The translations under genes were made by a program, and so were the position numbers. Source: the human T2T-CHM13v2.0 reference genome, Homo sapiens. From it: 64,000 bases of DNA. The stretch is from the NCBI RefSeq assembly GCF_009914755.1, contig NC_060948.1; one strand, 5' to 3'. Below are positions 1-19,430 of this stretch, in pieces; positions within the stretch are counted from its first letter, which is position 1; each line of letters starts with the position of its first letter. The notes under the pieces were generated by a model that did not search any database, had not been told where the DNA came from, and was given only the letters and a program-made list of their open reading frames with translations.

Positions 1-323
1 ATTCCGTCCAAGAAGGGAAAAACAAACCCTGCATGACTCATTCCTCTTTGTTTAAAATGGAAGCAGAATTAGACCATGTTGTTAGTCTGACAACAATCTG
101 CAATGGATGTCCCAAATAGCTCAAAGACTCCCTTGTACTAGTGCAAAAGTCTCCAGTGAGCCTGGGCTGAAGCCTCCATGGTGATCTAGGAAGAATAGAT
201 TCAAGTTAACTCTGCAGGGTTAAAGTAAATAATAAATCTAACTTTGTGGAACTGTAGATTCTGGATTCAGGTGCGGTATTGTTGGTCACTGATCAGCTAA
301 CTCTAGTTTAAAAGGAAGAACAA

Positions 324-617
324 GGCCAGGCTTGGTTGCTCACATCTGTAATCCCAGCACTTTGGGAGTCTGAGGTGGGTGAATCACGAAGTCAGGAGTT
401 CGAGACCAGCCTGGCCAACATGGTGAAAAACCTTCTCTTCTAAAAATGCAAAAAAAAAAAAAAATAAAAAAATAACTGTGTGTCATGTTGGGTGCCTATA
501 ATCCCAGCTACCTGGGAGGCTGAAGCAGAATTGCTTGAACCCAGGAGGTGAAATTTTTGGTAAGCTGATATTGTGCCATTGCATTCCAGCCTGGGTAACA
601 GGAGTGAATCTCCATCT
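324..617 (+). mobile_element. Alu, AluS-type (Sg-like), diverged
   Basis: Starts GGCCAGGC..GCTCACATCTGTAATCCCAGCACTTTGGGAG; ATCACGAAGTCAGGAGTTCGAGACCAGCCTGGCCAACATGG; expanded A-linker and right arm. Confidence 0.95.
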
Positions 618-715
618 GAAAGGAAGGAAGGAAGGGAGGAAGGAAGAAGTGAAGGAAGGAAGGAAGGAAAGAAGGAAGGAAGGAAGGAAGGAAGGAAGGA
701 AGGGAAAGAAGGAAA
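618..715 (+). repeat. Interrupted (GGAA)n microsatellite in place of the Alu tail
   Basis: aggaaggaaggaagggaggaagg... directly after the Alu 3' end. Confidence 0.95.
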
Positions 716-1196
716 AATATCCCAGCAGCACAGTTTTCAGCTGTTTTTAGCTGTGGTCATGGGGTAGTTTTTGGCTGGGTTTAGCTGTGGTCATGGCTCA
801 GGATATTGTGTGACCATGACTTCTCATAGCTAAGGTGATTGTTTTCACTTACAAATTCCACCCCCAGATTCTGTACACACTAGGAACCTCTCATAGAACT
901 ATCTCTAACAGATCACTGAACAAGATCATGGGAGCTTAAAAGAACTTACTCTGATAAAAGATCATTAAGATTTCTGTGTTCACTCAGTCTTTTTCTTTTT
1001 AAGCCCCAGTAGGTTTTCTGTATATTCTCAATCTAAAGTCTTGACTTTTCTTGTGATTTTCATGTGAAGGCCAGAAATTGTGTACAAAATTTAGGTGGAA
1101 TCTACCTGGATCTGCATTCTTTAGGTTATAGCAAGTGGAGTAAAACCAGAGGAAAGAGACCCTAATGGAGGTTACTCTAAAACATTCGAAGGAATA

Positions 1197-4077
1197 CGTC
1201 AACCTGTAAAAAATGAGATGAGATGAAAGTAATATGAGTAGAAAGTTTATGTGGGCCAAGCTTAAGAATTATAACATGAGAGCATAGATTTAAATTGTCC
1301 TAAATATACCCTTTAGTGATAGTTACAAGTGGATTCTTAAAGGCAAATATGAAGGACAAGTTATGGGTTCACAAAACATTGTTGGTCAAAATTTTTATTG
1401 GCCTACAGAAATAACATTTATTAGTAATTGGCTATATATGGTGTAGGCTATGACATCCCCTATGGTATTATGGCATCAGGTAGTTTAAAATGTAGCTCCT
1501 CCTGGCAGAAGCTAGCTGTTTCAACAAATGAATACATAGTTCAAAAAAGGAATTAAGACATGATTACAAGAAGGCTGGCAAGATAGCCAAATAGAAACAG
1601 ATCCGGTCTGCAGCTCCTGGCAAAACAAGCACAGACGGTGGGTGACTTCTGCATTTCCAACTGAGGTATGCAGTTCATCTCACTAGAACTTGTTAGACAG
1701 TGAGTGCAGCCCACAGAGGGTGAGCAGAAGCAGGGTGGGGAGTCCCCTAACAGGGGAAATGCAAGGGGCCAGCCCAGATACTACACTTTTCCCATAGTCT
1801 TCACAACCCACAGACCAGGAGATTCCCTTGCATGCCTATACCACCAGGGCCCTGGGATTCAGACACAAAACTGGGCAGCTGTTTAGGCAGACATTGAGCT
1901 AGCTGCAGTTTTTTTTTTTCCCCATACTCTACTGGCACCTGGAATGCCAGTGAGACAGAACCATTCACTTCTTTGGAAAGGGGGCCGAAGCCTGGGAGCC
2001 AAGTGGTCTTGCTCAGTGGATCCCACCCCCACGGAGCCCAGCAAGCTAAGATCCACTGGCTTGAAATTCTCGCTGCCAGCCCAGAAGTCTGAAGATAACC
2101 TGTGATGCTCAAGCTTAAATTGGGAGAAGGGTGTCCACCATAAATGAGGCTTGAGTAGGCAGTTTTTCCATCACAGTGTAAATTAAGCCACGAGGAAGTT
2201 CAAACTGGACAGGGCCCACCACAGTGTAGCAAAGCTATTGTAGCCTGAAAGCCTCTCTAGATTCCTATTCTCTAAGCAGGGCATCCCTGAAAGAAAGACA
2301 GAAGCCCCAGTCAGGGGATTATAGATAAAGCATACATCTCACTGGGATGGAGCACCTGAGGGAAGGGGCAGATCTCCCAACACAAGGGCTTAAGCTCTGC
2401 TAAGGGACAGGCTGTCTCCTCAAATGGATCTCTGACCCCTATGCCTCCTGACTGGGAGATAGAGCCCAGTTGGGGTTGACAGACACCTCATACAGGAGAG
2501 CTCTGGTTGGCATCTGGCAGGTGCCTCTCTGAGATGAAGCTTCCATAGGAAGGAGCAGGCAGCAATTGTTGCTATTCTGCAGCCTCTGCTGGTGATACCC
2601 AGGCCAACAGTGTCTGGAGTGGACCTCTGGCAAACTCCAGCAGACCTGCAGGACAAGGGCCTGTTAGAAGAGAACTAAAAAACAGAAAGCAATAACTTCA
2701 ACATCAACCAAAAAAATGCCCATGCAAAAGCCCCATTCTAAGGTCACAAACATCAAAGGTAGATAAATCCACAAAGATGAGAAAAAAAGAAGAGCAAAAA
2801 TGCCAAAAATTCCAAAAACTGGAATGCCTATTGTCCTCCAAAGGATCACAACTCATTGCCAGGAAGGGAACAAAACAGGATAGAGAATGAGTTTGACAAG
2901 CTTATAGAAGTAGACTTCAGAAGGTGGATAATAACAAACTCCTCCAAGCTAAAGGATCATGTTCTAACGCAATGCAAGGAAGCAAAGAACCTGGATAGAA
3001 GGTTACAGAAAGTGCTAACTAGAATAACCAGTTTAGAGAAGAATATAAATGACCTGATAGAGCTGAAAAACACAGCACGAGAACTTTGTGAAGCATACAC
3101 AAGTATCAATACCTGAATTGATCAAATAGAAGAAAGAATATCAGAGATTGAAGATCAACTTGGTGAAATAAAGCATGAAGTCAAGATTAGAGAGAAAAAA
3201 ATAATGAAAGGGAAAAAACAAAGCCTCCAAGAAATATGGGACTATGTGAAAAGGCCAAATCTATGTTTGATTGTTATACCTGAAAGTGATGGGATAATGG
3301 AACCAAGTTGGAATACACACTTAAGGATATTATCCAGGAGAAATTTCCCCTTCCAGCAAGGCAGGCTAACATCCAAATTCAATAAATACAGAGAACACCA
3401 CAAAGATAGTCACTGAGAACACCAACCCCAAGACATATAATCATCAGATTTACCAAGGTTGAAATGAGGGAAAAAATGTTAAGGGCAGCCAGAGAGAAAG
3501 GTCAGGTTATTCAGAAAGAGAAGCCCATCATACTAACAGATCAGAGATCTCTCTGCAGAAACCCTACAAGCCAGAAGAGAGTAGGGGCCAATATTCAACA
3601 TTCTTAAAGGAAAGAATTTTCAACCCAGAATTTCATATCCACCCAAACTAATCACCATAAGTGAAGGAGAAATAAAATCCTCTACAGACAAGCAAATGCT
3701 GAGGAATTTCATCACCACTGGACCTGTCTTATAAGAGCTCCTGAAGAAAGCACTAAATATGGAAAGGAAAACAGGTACCAGGCACTGCAACAACATACCA
3801 AACTGTAATGACCATTGACACTATGAAGAAACTGCATTAACTAATGTGCAAAATAACCAGCTAACATTGTAATGACAGAACAAAATTTACACATAATAAT
3901 ATTAACTTTAAATATAAATGGGATAAATACCCCAGTTAAGAGACACAAGATGGCAAATTGGATAAAGAGTCAAGAACCATCAGTGTGCTGTATTCAGTAG
4001 ACCCACCTCATGGACAAAGAAAAATATAGTCTCCAAATAAAGGGATGGAGGAATATTTACCAAGCAAATGGAAAGCC

Positions 4078-4108
<31 letters not shown>

Positions 4109-5116
4109 TAAGGATTGCAATCCTAGTCTCTGACAAGACAGACTTTAAACCAACAAAGATTTAAAAAACACAAAGAAAGGCATTACATAATGATGAAGGG
4201 ATCAATGCAAAAAGAAGGGTTAACTATTTTAAATATAAGTGCACCCAATAAAAGAGCACACAGATTCATAAAGCAAGTTCTTAGAGATCTACAAAGAGAT
4301 GTAGACTCCCACACAATAATAGTGAGAGACTGTAATACCCCACCCACCCCACTGTCAGTATTAGACAGAGCAGCAAAACAGAAAATTAACAAATATATTC
4401 AGGACTCGAACTCAGCTCTGGACCAAGCAGACCTAATAGACATATACAGAACTCTCCAGCCCAAATCAACAGAATATATATCCTCAGCACCACATAGCAT
4501 TTTTTCTAAAATTGACCACATAATTGAAAGTAAAACACTCCTCAGAAAATGAAAAAGAATGGAGATCATGTATATTTATATCATATGTTTATATCATCAC
4601 GTATATTTATTGCAGCACTATTCACAAAAGCAAAGACTTGGAACCAACCCAACTGTCCATCAATGACAGACTGGATAAAGAAAATGTGGCACATATATAC
4701 CATGGAATACTAAGCGGCCATAAAAAAGAACGAGTTTATATCCTTTGCAGAGACATAGATGAAGCTGGAAACTATCATTCTTAGCAAACTAACACAGTAA
4801 GAGAAAAACAACCATACATGTTCTCACTCACAAATGGGAGTTGAACAACGAGAACACATGGACAGAGAGTGAGGGCCAGGGGGAGGGATAGCGTTAGGAG
4901 AAATACCTAATGTAGATGATGGGTTGATGGGTACAACATACCACCATTGGACATGTATATCTATGTAACAAACCTGCAAGTTCTGCACATGTATCCCAGA
5001 ACTTAAAGTATAATGAAAAAAAAAGGACATGATTAGCATCTCATTCAATGTCTCCTTAAGCTTGATAAATAACGTCACTTGCATATCTCAGATAAAAGTT
5101 TTTCTTTTGTTTTTCA
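1197..5116 (-). mobile_element. ERV1/MER4-group solo LTR (MER65-like), split by the L1 at 1567-5023
   Basis: Halves 1197-1566 and 5036-5116 join into one LTR (...ctcagataaaagtt...ttttca); flanked by 4-bp AATA at 1193-1196 and 5117-5120; shares a motif with the + strand LTR at 34849-35321. Confidence 0.75.
1567..5023 (+). mobile_element. LINE-1 (L1PA7-like) with both ends but about 2.9 kb of ORF2 deleted; inactive
   Basis: 5'UTR, ORF1 remnant (~2777-3808), ORF2 endonuclease remnant (3872-4569), then a jump to the ORF2 C-terminus and 3'UTR (atgtagatgatgggttgatggg...cccagaacttaaagtataat) and poly(A). TSD a[a/g]gacatgatta at 1555-1566 and 5024-5035. Confidence 0.95.
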
Positions 5117-5578
5117 AATACCAGAAACTTGATACATAATTTGAAGTTGCAGATTTAGGTATTCAAAGTGTGAGAATGCAGAGGTGTTCTCTAAACCTCT
5201 ATGGACATTATAGCTAAAGGAGGAGAATGTCATTAAAATTTTCAGATCTACTTAATGCACTTGTGTAAACCTGGATGAGTTTAAATGCTCTATGGTCCTT
5301 GAAACAGTTATAAGTGTAAAAATGCCAAGGGCATTGAAAGGGGAAAGCTGGTTGACTGCTGCCTCATTATTTATGGAGAAATCTGGTCTAACTGCTCTAG
5401 CAGACACAGTAACTCTCAAATAGGAAGAGACACTATTCTACTTGCAGAATTTAGAGACAGTTTGCATATTACTGCACAACTGTCAGTTATGACAGAATGC
5501 CTTAGAGGTAAACTGTCACTAGAGTAAAGCCTGGTAGGCATCTCATAGGTTTACATACTATCTGGTAATTCTGTACAA

Positions 5579-6194
5579 TGTATAATTAAAATAAAAATTG
5601 TCCCCAACTCCCATAAAACCTCTTCCAAATGACAGAACAGAAAGAAAACTTATATTATATAATTAAACCTGCATGTGATTTAAATCATAGGTAATCTTCT
5701 AAAATATTGCAAAAACAGAAGGTTTCCCTAATTAGTCCTCAAGTAGAAAACTTGACAGCATCATCTGTCATACACTATTCATCAAAAAAATCATCAAGTG
5801 CTTGAGGAAACCATCTGTATTTGCGAATTGGCATATGTGAATAAAAAAGAATGTTGTCGCCATTTCTTTATGACTTGAAGTAGTTTTTCAAATTGCAGCC
5901 AGGAGACTGCTGAATTTGGCTTCTATGCTCTTACATAGACTGTGGGATGGGGCTCCAATATCTTTGCTATTTACTTTTCAAAGCAATGTTTCCAAGGTCC
6001 TGCAGGAAGATATTTCTGAGTTAAAAAAAAAAGAATTGTATATCTGTTAAAATTATTTACATATATGTCAAACAGACAGAGAATAAATTTACTTATAGAA
6101 GTTCTTTTTAAATTAAATGTTTTAAAAAATAAATCAAAATGTTTCTCTTATTTTTCAGTTGGAAATTTTTCTAATTTGTTTTTTATACTTCCAG
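5579..6194 (-). mobile_element. ERV1 LTR, MER34-like
   Basis: Resembles the recalled MER34 reverse complement (tagtcctcaagtag...cttgacagca..catctgtcatacac..ttcatc); heavily diverged, boundaries approximate. Confidence 0.55.
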
Positions 6195-6332
6195 TTCGTA
6201 CCTAATGCTTACAACAACTAGGTTCAGCAACTTGGTCTTAAATTCATGGGAATTTGAATTTTAAGAGTCCTGAGTTTAGGCAACTGAGAGGTGGACTCAG
6301 CCAGATTGTGGGCACATAAAAGAGCTTGTGAG

Positions 6333-6369
<37 letters not shown>

Positions 6370-6763
6370 CAGATGAGGGAAAGCTGCTATCTAGAACTGA
6401 TGTGTGAAAAAAATGCAGATTTGGTGGAAAAACTGCTGTGTGGTACAGATAGTGGAACAGATACTGTTATGCTCTGATTTGTTTGTGTCCATAAGAATGA
6501 GATTATAGTCAAGTGGTCCAGAAGCCAAAGTGGTAACAAAACCATGATGCTGTCCCTTAATCAGGGTCTGGGGGTAGGAATACACCAGGAGTTTCCTAAG
6601 CACCTATGTAGATTTTTGGTGGGAACCTCTGGGAGCAAATACATTGTGGGAGTAATTTCTGAACTTGAACATTTGTCTTGGGAGAAACACAGCCTCATCA
6701 TTACCTACAGCACATGAGCATACATGGGTGGAAATACCATGGTGGTAGCAGAAAGAAATGAGA

Positions 6764-6875
6764 TGTCTGACCAGAGAAATCATTCTGTGTTCTAATAAAA
6801 AAGAAATGGCTCAAAGAAATCTAAGCTACGTGAGGTATATCTTAATGTAATCCTTGAAAAACAATTTTGAAATGA

Positions 6876-6921
<46 letters not shown>

Positions 6922-7060
6922 CCCTCTTGTAACTGTTGCTAATAGGAGTTTATATTCAGGGCAACTTGAGTGTATGTTCTTCTCTGGCTATTCTAAAATT
7001 AGGTAGATAAAGACATTCTAATTAAACTAGATTTTAAATTTTTAATTATTTTAGATTGAC
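6764..7060 (+). mobile_element. MER4-group LTR remnant with expanded poly(T)
   Basis: cttgtaactgttgctaataggagtttatattcagggcaacttga is shared with the MER65-like LTRs; ends ...gattgaca. Confidence 0.5.
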
Positions 7061-7676
7061 AATCCTTATTCCCCACTGTCCCTGGAAATTATATAAAATC
7101 ATAGGACAATTTGCAGTGCGACAGCCTGTTCATGGGAGAACAAAGCCTGAATTTAATGGGATGCTTAGTGTCTTCCCTCAGTCCAGGTTTCTACCTAAAT
7201 TTCACTGAATAAAATTGACAGGCTCCTCTGAATTCTTAGCTTCCCTAATGTTACTTGGTAAAACCCTTGGGCCAAATCTCAGAAACTTAAACACAGTAAG
7301 TATTTTTTTTCAGGTATTTATCAGGGCGTATTTCCAGAGATTATTACTGTATGAGAATAAAGGTATTCTATGGAAGCATACAACAGTAAAGCATGGTTAA
7401 ATAAGGTGATGGTAATGAATGGAAGCTCTTAACAAAGATTAAATTATCCACATAATAATACATAAAGAAAAGTGTGAGACATGTTAAGTGAGACATTAGT
7501 TTGCAGAGGTAATCCTAAAAAGCATCAGATTCTGTTGTTTTTTTTTGCTTTTGTGTGTTTTCTATAAATTGTAAAATATATCACATTTGAGTCGCTATAT
7601 TACATTATTATTAAAACTCTATTATTAACATAATTTTTTTAAAATTCAAATTTTCAGATATACTTTGAGAGCAATG

Positions 7677-8016
7677 TGTTGCAACTGTGGCTGAGTGGTA
7701 AATAAATTTACCAAGCCAATCACAGGTAAATACAGATTTATTAGAGAAAGTACAAAGATACATTGCAGGGGTGCAATATGCAGCACACAGAGAAAGGCTG
7801 TCTGCAATGAGGCAGAGCATGGTGGAAAGTTTTATAGAGCCATGCTGGAGGCACTACAGGGTGAACAAAATCCCAGTGCTAGAACTGTATGCAGAGAGAG
7901 GTAGTTGAAGCAGAATGTTATGACAGTAAATTGTTTGTAATTAACTGTTTCTCAGAACAATTTTTCTTCCCCACCGGGGACCACTTACTCATTGTTATTT
8001 ACTTATCAGCACTTCC
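7677..8016 (-). mobile_element. ERV1 LTR, 3' LTR of an outer MER4-group provirus
   Basis: LTR-like sequence followed by a pyrimidine tract (polypurine tract on minus) and the ERV1 3'-internal motif ctacttcctgctga (rc tcagcaggaagtag). Confidence 0.65.
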
Positions 8017-9129
8017 CTTTCTCCACCTGACAGAAAAATGAGAAATTTTTGGCATTGGAATGGGGAATCATATTTTTCAACTACTTCCTGCTGACTGTAG
8101 GCATAATACTGGCCCTATTGTTCATCTTTCTGGAGATCCTGTAGGTCATTTTTCTGGATTGTGAAACTTAAGGATTGAATTTTGTTATAAGGAGGAAGCA
8201 TGTTAAGGTAAAATTGGTGTTCAGTAAATTCAGGGGAGATTCAGGAAAGTAGCCGGCATTATTGGGGAGAGACAAATATTTTATTTGCAGTATTACTGGA
8301 AAGTAAAACTTCAGAATTCTAGAAAATAAATTTTTAAGCCAATTATTCAAAAGTAAAAAAAAGTTCTTTTGTAGTTTGACTTTCAATTCTTATTAGTAGC
8401 CTATTTAGACAATCCAAATGTTCAACTTGATATAAAAATTATTTGAGCTTAATTAGACACAGCATAAAGAATAATTTCAGAGAAACTATTGTGCATTAAT
8501 TCCATACAATATTTTAAAGTAATTTTTGTTCCACTAATTTTCTCATGACTTACACTGACTATCTACAACATGCTTGGACTTTCTGACTTGTTCTAAATGT
8601 TCCCCTTTTAAACAACTGTTCATTTTGCTTTAGAATAAGAACTTACCATATATGATTCTTTCCCATATAATAACTTAAAAATAACTTTTCTTATTAAAAA
8701 TACAGTTTAAACTTTGTAACTTTTGAATTGGACAAAAGACATCTTTTCTTCTGGAAGATTATGGTTTGTAGTTTGCTGGTATGTGCATCTTACAGAGAAG
8801 GGGAGATAAGAAGGTTACTTACAGTGATTAATAACTCTCAAAAGATTACTCAGATTTTTTGTTAGGGCTTGTTTGCATAAGTGTAGGCTATTTAAAATCC
8901 CTCAGGTAAGAATATCCAGCTTGAGATTAATGCTAATAATTTAGGTTGCTTATCTAGGAAAAACAGGGCTATTAAAGGAAAAGATGAATCAGAATCTGGG
9001 AGAATATTAAATAGGCACTCATCATGGAAAGTATATTATTGTCCCAAATGGGTGTAGAATATTTTAGTATTACCAGGGACTGGTAGGAAAATGATAATTT
9101 TTTCCTTACATAATATTGAAGGGTGTTAA

Positions 9130-9414
9130 TTTTTTTTTTGGATATGAAGTTTTGCTCCTGTTGCCCAGGCTGGAGTGTGATGGCATGATCTCAACTCCCT
9201 GAAATCTCCGACTCTTGGGTTCAAGCAATTCTTCTGCCTCAGCCTCTGAAATATATGGGATTACAGGCATGTACCACTACTTCCAGCTAAATTTTGTATT
9301 TTTGGTAGAAATGGGATTTCCTCATGTTGGCCAGGCTTCTGTCAAACTCCTGACCTCAGGTGATCCACCCACCTTGGCCTCCCAAAGTGTTGGGATTACA
9401 GGCATAAGCCCAGC
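9130..9414 (-). mobile_element. Alu (AluSq/Sx-like)
   Basis: poly(T), ttgcccaggctggagtg...cctgacctcaggtgatccacccaccttggcctcccaaagtg. Confidence 0.95.
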
Positions 9415-10954
9415 TGTGAGTGACTTTTTATTACTAGTGGCAGGAACCTGAATTACTCGAGTTACTGGCAGCATACCTAGATTAGTTTATAGCAATTTCA
9501 ATTCCACCCTCCTCATACCAAAGAATTTGACTGAGGGGGCAAGGCAGAAAGACACCAAGGCAACTTTCAGAGCTAAAGTTTATTTTTAAATACTTTAGAA
9601 TGGAAAAGAAAAAAAAAATGATTTGCTTGGGAAAGATTCAAGTGGTCATGTGAAGGTTAAAGAGATTCTTTAACCTTTATGCTAGTGCTTTATAGGGTCT
9701 CCTCTTTCCCATGTTTTCTCCCTTAGGGTGGGCTTTCCAAATGTGCACTGCCCCTCTTACCCCTTGGAATTTAGCACACACAGTGTGCTTAGGAAGTTGT
9801 ACAGTTGCCCAACTGAGGCTTTCTATCCTTTTTCTCATGGAGTATACACAGAATGTCATATTTTGCCATTTTATCTCAGTGTGCATGCCCAGGAATTTTC
9901 TTCTGTCTGACGTCTGCATTCAATTAACACGTTCATGATATTAGCTGCAGACCATGACAAAATGTCCTCTTCCTGGTTCCTTGGGTAAGTTGCCAAATTA
10001 TCATCATTTAGAAAGACAGTATGATAATTGTCAAACCACCACCTGACATTCTGAGTGGTTGTGCTGGGGAGAGCTCTCTCTTGCCCTGTTCATGCCTATC
10101 TACCTGTAACATTTCACTCTCAAGAGTCAAGACCTCAAATCTTTGGGGAAAAAAGGTGAAGGTCAATCGTCCATAACTGCTTTCTTCTGACAGAGGGATG
10201 GTGGTAGTTTTGTGTGTCTTTGTCTCGTTACCTATCAGGGCAGGAGGATGACTCCATGTGTTGGAAAAAGCAGAATCTTGTGGGGTCCAAGGGAGATGAG
10301 AGCAAGATTTCACCTCCTTTCTGTCCTGGTCATGGGCAGTTTAGAGGTCCTGTGTCAAAGGGTACCTCTTGAATAATGAGTACAGTATCTCTCACTGAGG
10401 ATCATCTAGAGCTTGAGGGCCTGAAGGTGAGACAAGATAACTGGGTTATTAGATTCAGAAGTTATGGACCAAAACAAAGTAAGAAGGTAAGTACAGCTCC
10501 AAAAATACTGAGGCTGCCAACATGCCCAGGTAACTGATGGCTATAGTTATGCATGCTAAGACTTGGGTACATGTGATTTGGCATTGGTTAACTCCCTGGT
10601 TGTTATTTTGAAAAAAAAAAGATAACTTGAGTATGGTCCAAACAAAGCCATTCTGCTGTAGTGCTGAGATTAGCTACTGGCAAATGTTGGTTATAATCAG
10701 CAGGCTGAAATCTGGAACTTTTGAGTACTGAATGAGATTTGGTGTCCTAGGCAAAGCCAGTGGACTTATCTACCAGTTTCCTAGGGGAAGGTAATGCTTG
10801 GAAAATTGTGGAATCTTGGTTGATGATAGAAATGATTGTAAGGATATAATTGATAAGTCTGTAGGTTAGTGAAAATAACATTACAACCTACATTTATTTC
10901 ATTTTTCTTTTTAGCTGTAACACAAATAGGGGCTATTACCATTAAATCAATATT

Positions 10955-17040
<6,086 letters not shown>

Positions 17041-17539
17041 TAGAAAAAATATGTCCAAAAATTAAAGGTTTCCTGTAGTTGTCAGACAAATCTCCCTTTA
17101 CTCTTTCAAGGAGGCTATTCCCAGCCTTGAACATTCCTCTTAGATTAGGTTCCCATTGTTAGGCAGTTTGTAATTCTGCATCTGTGATTGTGCAGTCTCT
17201 CGGTTAAGGTGGTTAAGCAATTTCTGTCCTTGTAGTGGAAGAGCTAGTACATAGCCACCAATTGTTGAGGTAAAGGGATCCTGTGCTATGGAGCATTTGC
17301 TAAACTTTTTCCAATAATGGGAAATCAGGATGATTTTATACTACCAGTAAGGGAGTGAGTATAAAAACCAGCAGCAGCAGGACTATGGCGACCCATAGTA
17401 ATTTTGAGTGAGAGATTGCTCATAAAGGGAAATGCCACTGGAACTCCTGGTGGTATACAAATAAGAGTTAAAACAGTGAAAGCAATCAGAGGAACATTTC
17501 TAACATTAAATTTCCTTACTTTAAGGTGAAAAAACATTA

Positions 17540-19430
17540 CTTATATTTCTGCTTAAAGAGGAACCTTTGATCTTCCAGCAATTCACACATGTATTCTGGA
17601 GGTGAGAGCATTGCTTCCAGGTCTGTTGTCTCAGGCCTGAGTGGAGTCATCTGCCAGTCCTCCCCAGGGTATGTACTTCTCCTTCAAATTGGATATATCA
17701 ATGAAGGGGACTTCCCTCTGTGGGAATTATTTTATGTCAGACAGGGCACAGGCTTGACAAGACAGTAGGATAGTTTTGTTTAATCCTTTCCACAGCTTCA
17801 CTCAGGTGTGATGTGTTTAGCAGGCACCATTTTCTGGTATTTTAATGGCTGTGGGAATAGATAATAAAACACTGAGGAGACTCTCTGAGACAGGATTTAG
17901 CTGGAAATTTGAGGATTCACCTTCCAAAGCTTTAATAAGAACCAATGAGCTTGAAGAATACAGAGGTGGGGATCTTTCTCCCTTCAATTTAGGGTTTGTT
18001 TGTAACCTATATTCCCTGAAGACCTGTTGGAAGCCTGATAAGGAAGAGATGTGGGTGATTGTGGCAGTTTTTTCATCCAGTAATAGGTCTTAACATAAAA
18101 ATGGCCTATCTTATATAACCTAAAAGGGGCTTAATTGTAGAAGAGGCTCAGAAGTAATGCGGATTCAAAGGAGAACCAAAGGTAAGAGGCCCACCCATAG
18201 TTACACTGTTTCCTGAAGGAGCTTATTGAGGATGCATTTGAGGGTTTTCATTTGTTCTTTCAACTTTTCTTAAATATTGTGTTCCTCAGGCAGAATGAAG
18301 GTACCACCTTATGCCTAAGGCACTAATGGCCTGTAAAGTTATTTGGGAAATAGAAGATGGATTATTTTCAATTTAAAATGACCTGGGGAACCTAAACCAG
18401 AAAGTAAGTTCCTTTAAGAGGAAATTTGTTACTTTCTATCCCTTCTCCACTTTGTGGGGGTAGTCTTCTACCCATTCTAAAAGGTGTCTACACAGACCAG
18501 GAGCTACTTATAACTGAAGCTGCAGGGCTCTGAGTGGAGTAATCTGCCAGTCCTCCACAGGATATGTACTTCTCCTTTAAATTGGATATATCAATGAAGG
18601 GGTGTTCCCTCTATGGGAATTATTTTATGTCACACAGGGCACAGGCTTGACAAGACAGTAGGATAGTTTCATTTAATCCTTTCTCACTGAATATTAATTT
18701 ACAAATCTGTGCTAGACTATCCTTTCTAAGGTAGCAAGAGTCATGTAAGCCCTTGATAACTTTCCATTAAGAAGCTTTAGATAGATGAAGTTCTCTTAGC
18801 CTATACCATGCACTATTTTTTATACTCATGTTGAGTTCCCCAGCCTATTTGTTTATTAGAGTATTGGAGAGGGGGCAGTTCACTGGGGAGAGAAAGAAAT
18901 GAAGCCCTCATTAAGGTATGTTTTTGAGATGGCTGCCTCTTTAGCTTGTTATTTAGCTAGCCTATATTCCCTTTCAGTTTTATCAGAGTCTTTTTAGTGT
19001 CCTTTACAGTGCACTACTGCCACTTCGTGGGGCAGGTGAACAGGCTCCAGTAGTTCTAAGATTTGAATTATATGTTTAATAGGCATATCTCGAGCTGTTA
19101 GATATGCACTTTACTTCCAGATAGCTGTGTGGTATGAACCATCATAAGGGCATATTTGGAATCTGCAGAAATTGTTCTTTTCCTTCTTTAACCAAGTTTT
19201 GGGGCTCTTGTCAGTGCAGTGAGTTGAGCTAGTTGCACTGAGGTCCCCAGGGTACCCTGCAGGGTACCTTGAATATTTAGTTTCATTTCTGACAGAGCTA
19301 TTGCTATCTGAAAACCAAATTGCATCCAGATTATTTAGGGGCTGATATTTGAAGTCATCTTTGCTTGCATATAATTGGTTAAGCCGCTCACAACATGAAT
19401 ATGTTGAGGCATTCACTCCTTTTACTAAGC
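17540..19430 (-). pseudogene. Decayed ERV1 pol (RNase H + integrase)
   Basis: PLNNLDAIWFSDSNSSV resembles the RNase H motif WFTDGSS; EDWQ integrase motif near 18545; fragmented by stops. Confidence 0.75.
17637..18683. repeat. 154-bp dispersed direct duplication (17637-17790 and 18530-18683)
   Basis: Hand alignment: 10 mismatches in 154 nt, no indels. Confidence 0.95.

Noticed and set aside
483-767. ORFs across the first Alu and GGAA tract
   Set aside because: Low-complexity and Alu artefacts.
746-796. 17-bp direct repeat tttagctgtggtcatgg, and short duplications near 19686, 22076, 33326 and 54620
   Set aside because: Two copies only; ordinary microduplications, not a CRISPR-like or functional array.
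1-1196. Possible ERV internal or env debris outside the Alu (also 5121-5578 and 6195-6760)
   Set aside because: Suggestive but no motif I can name with confidence.
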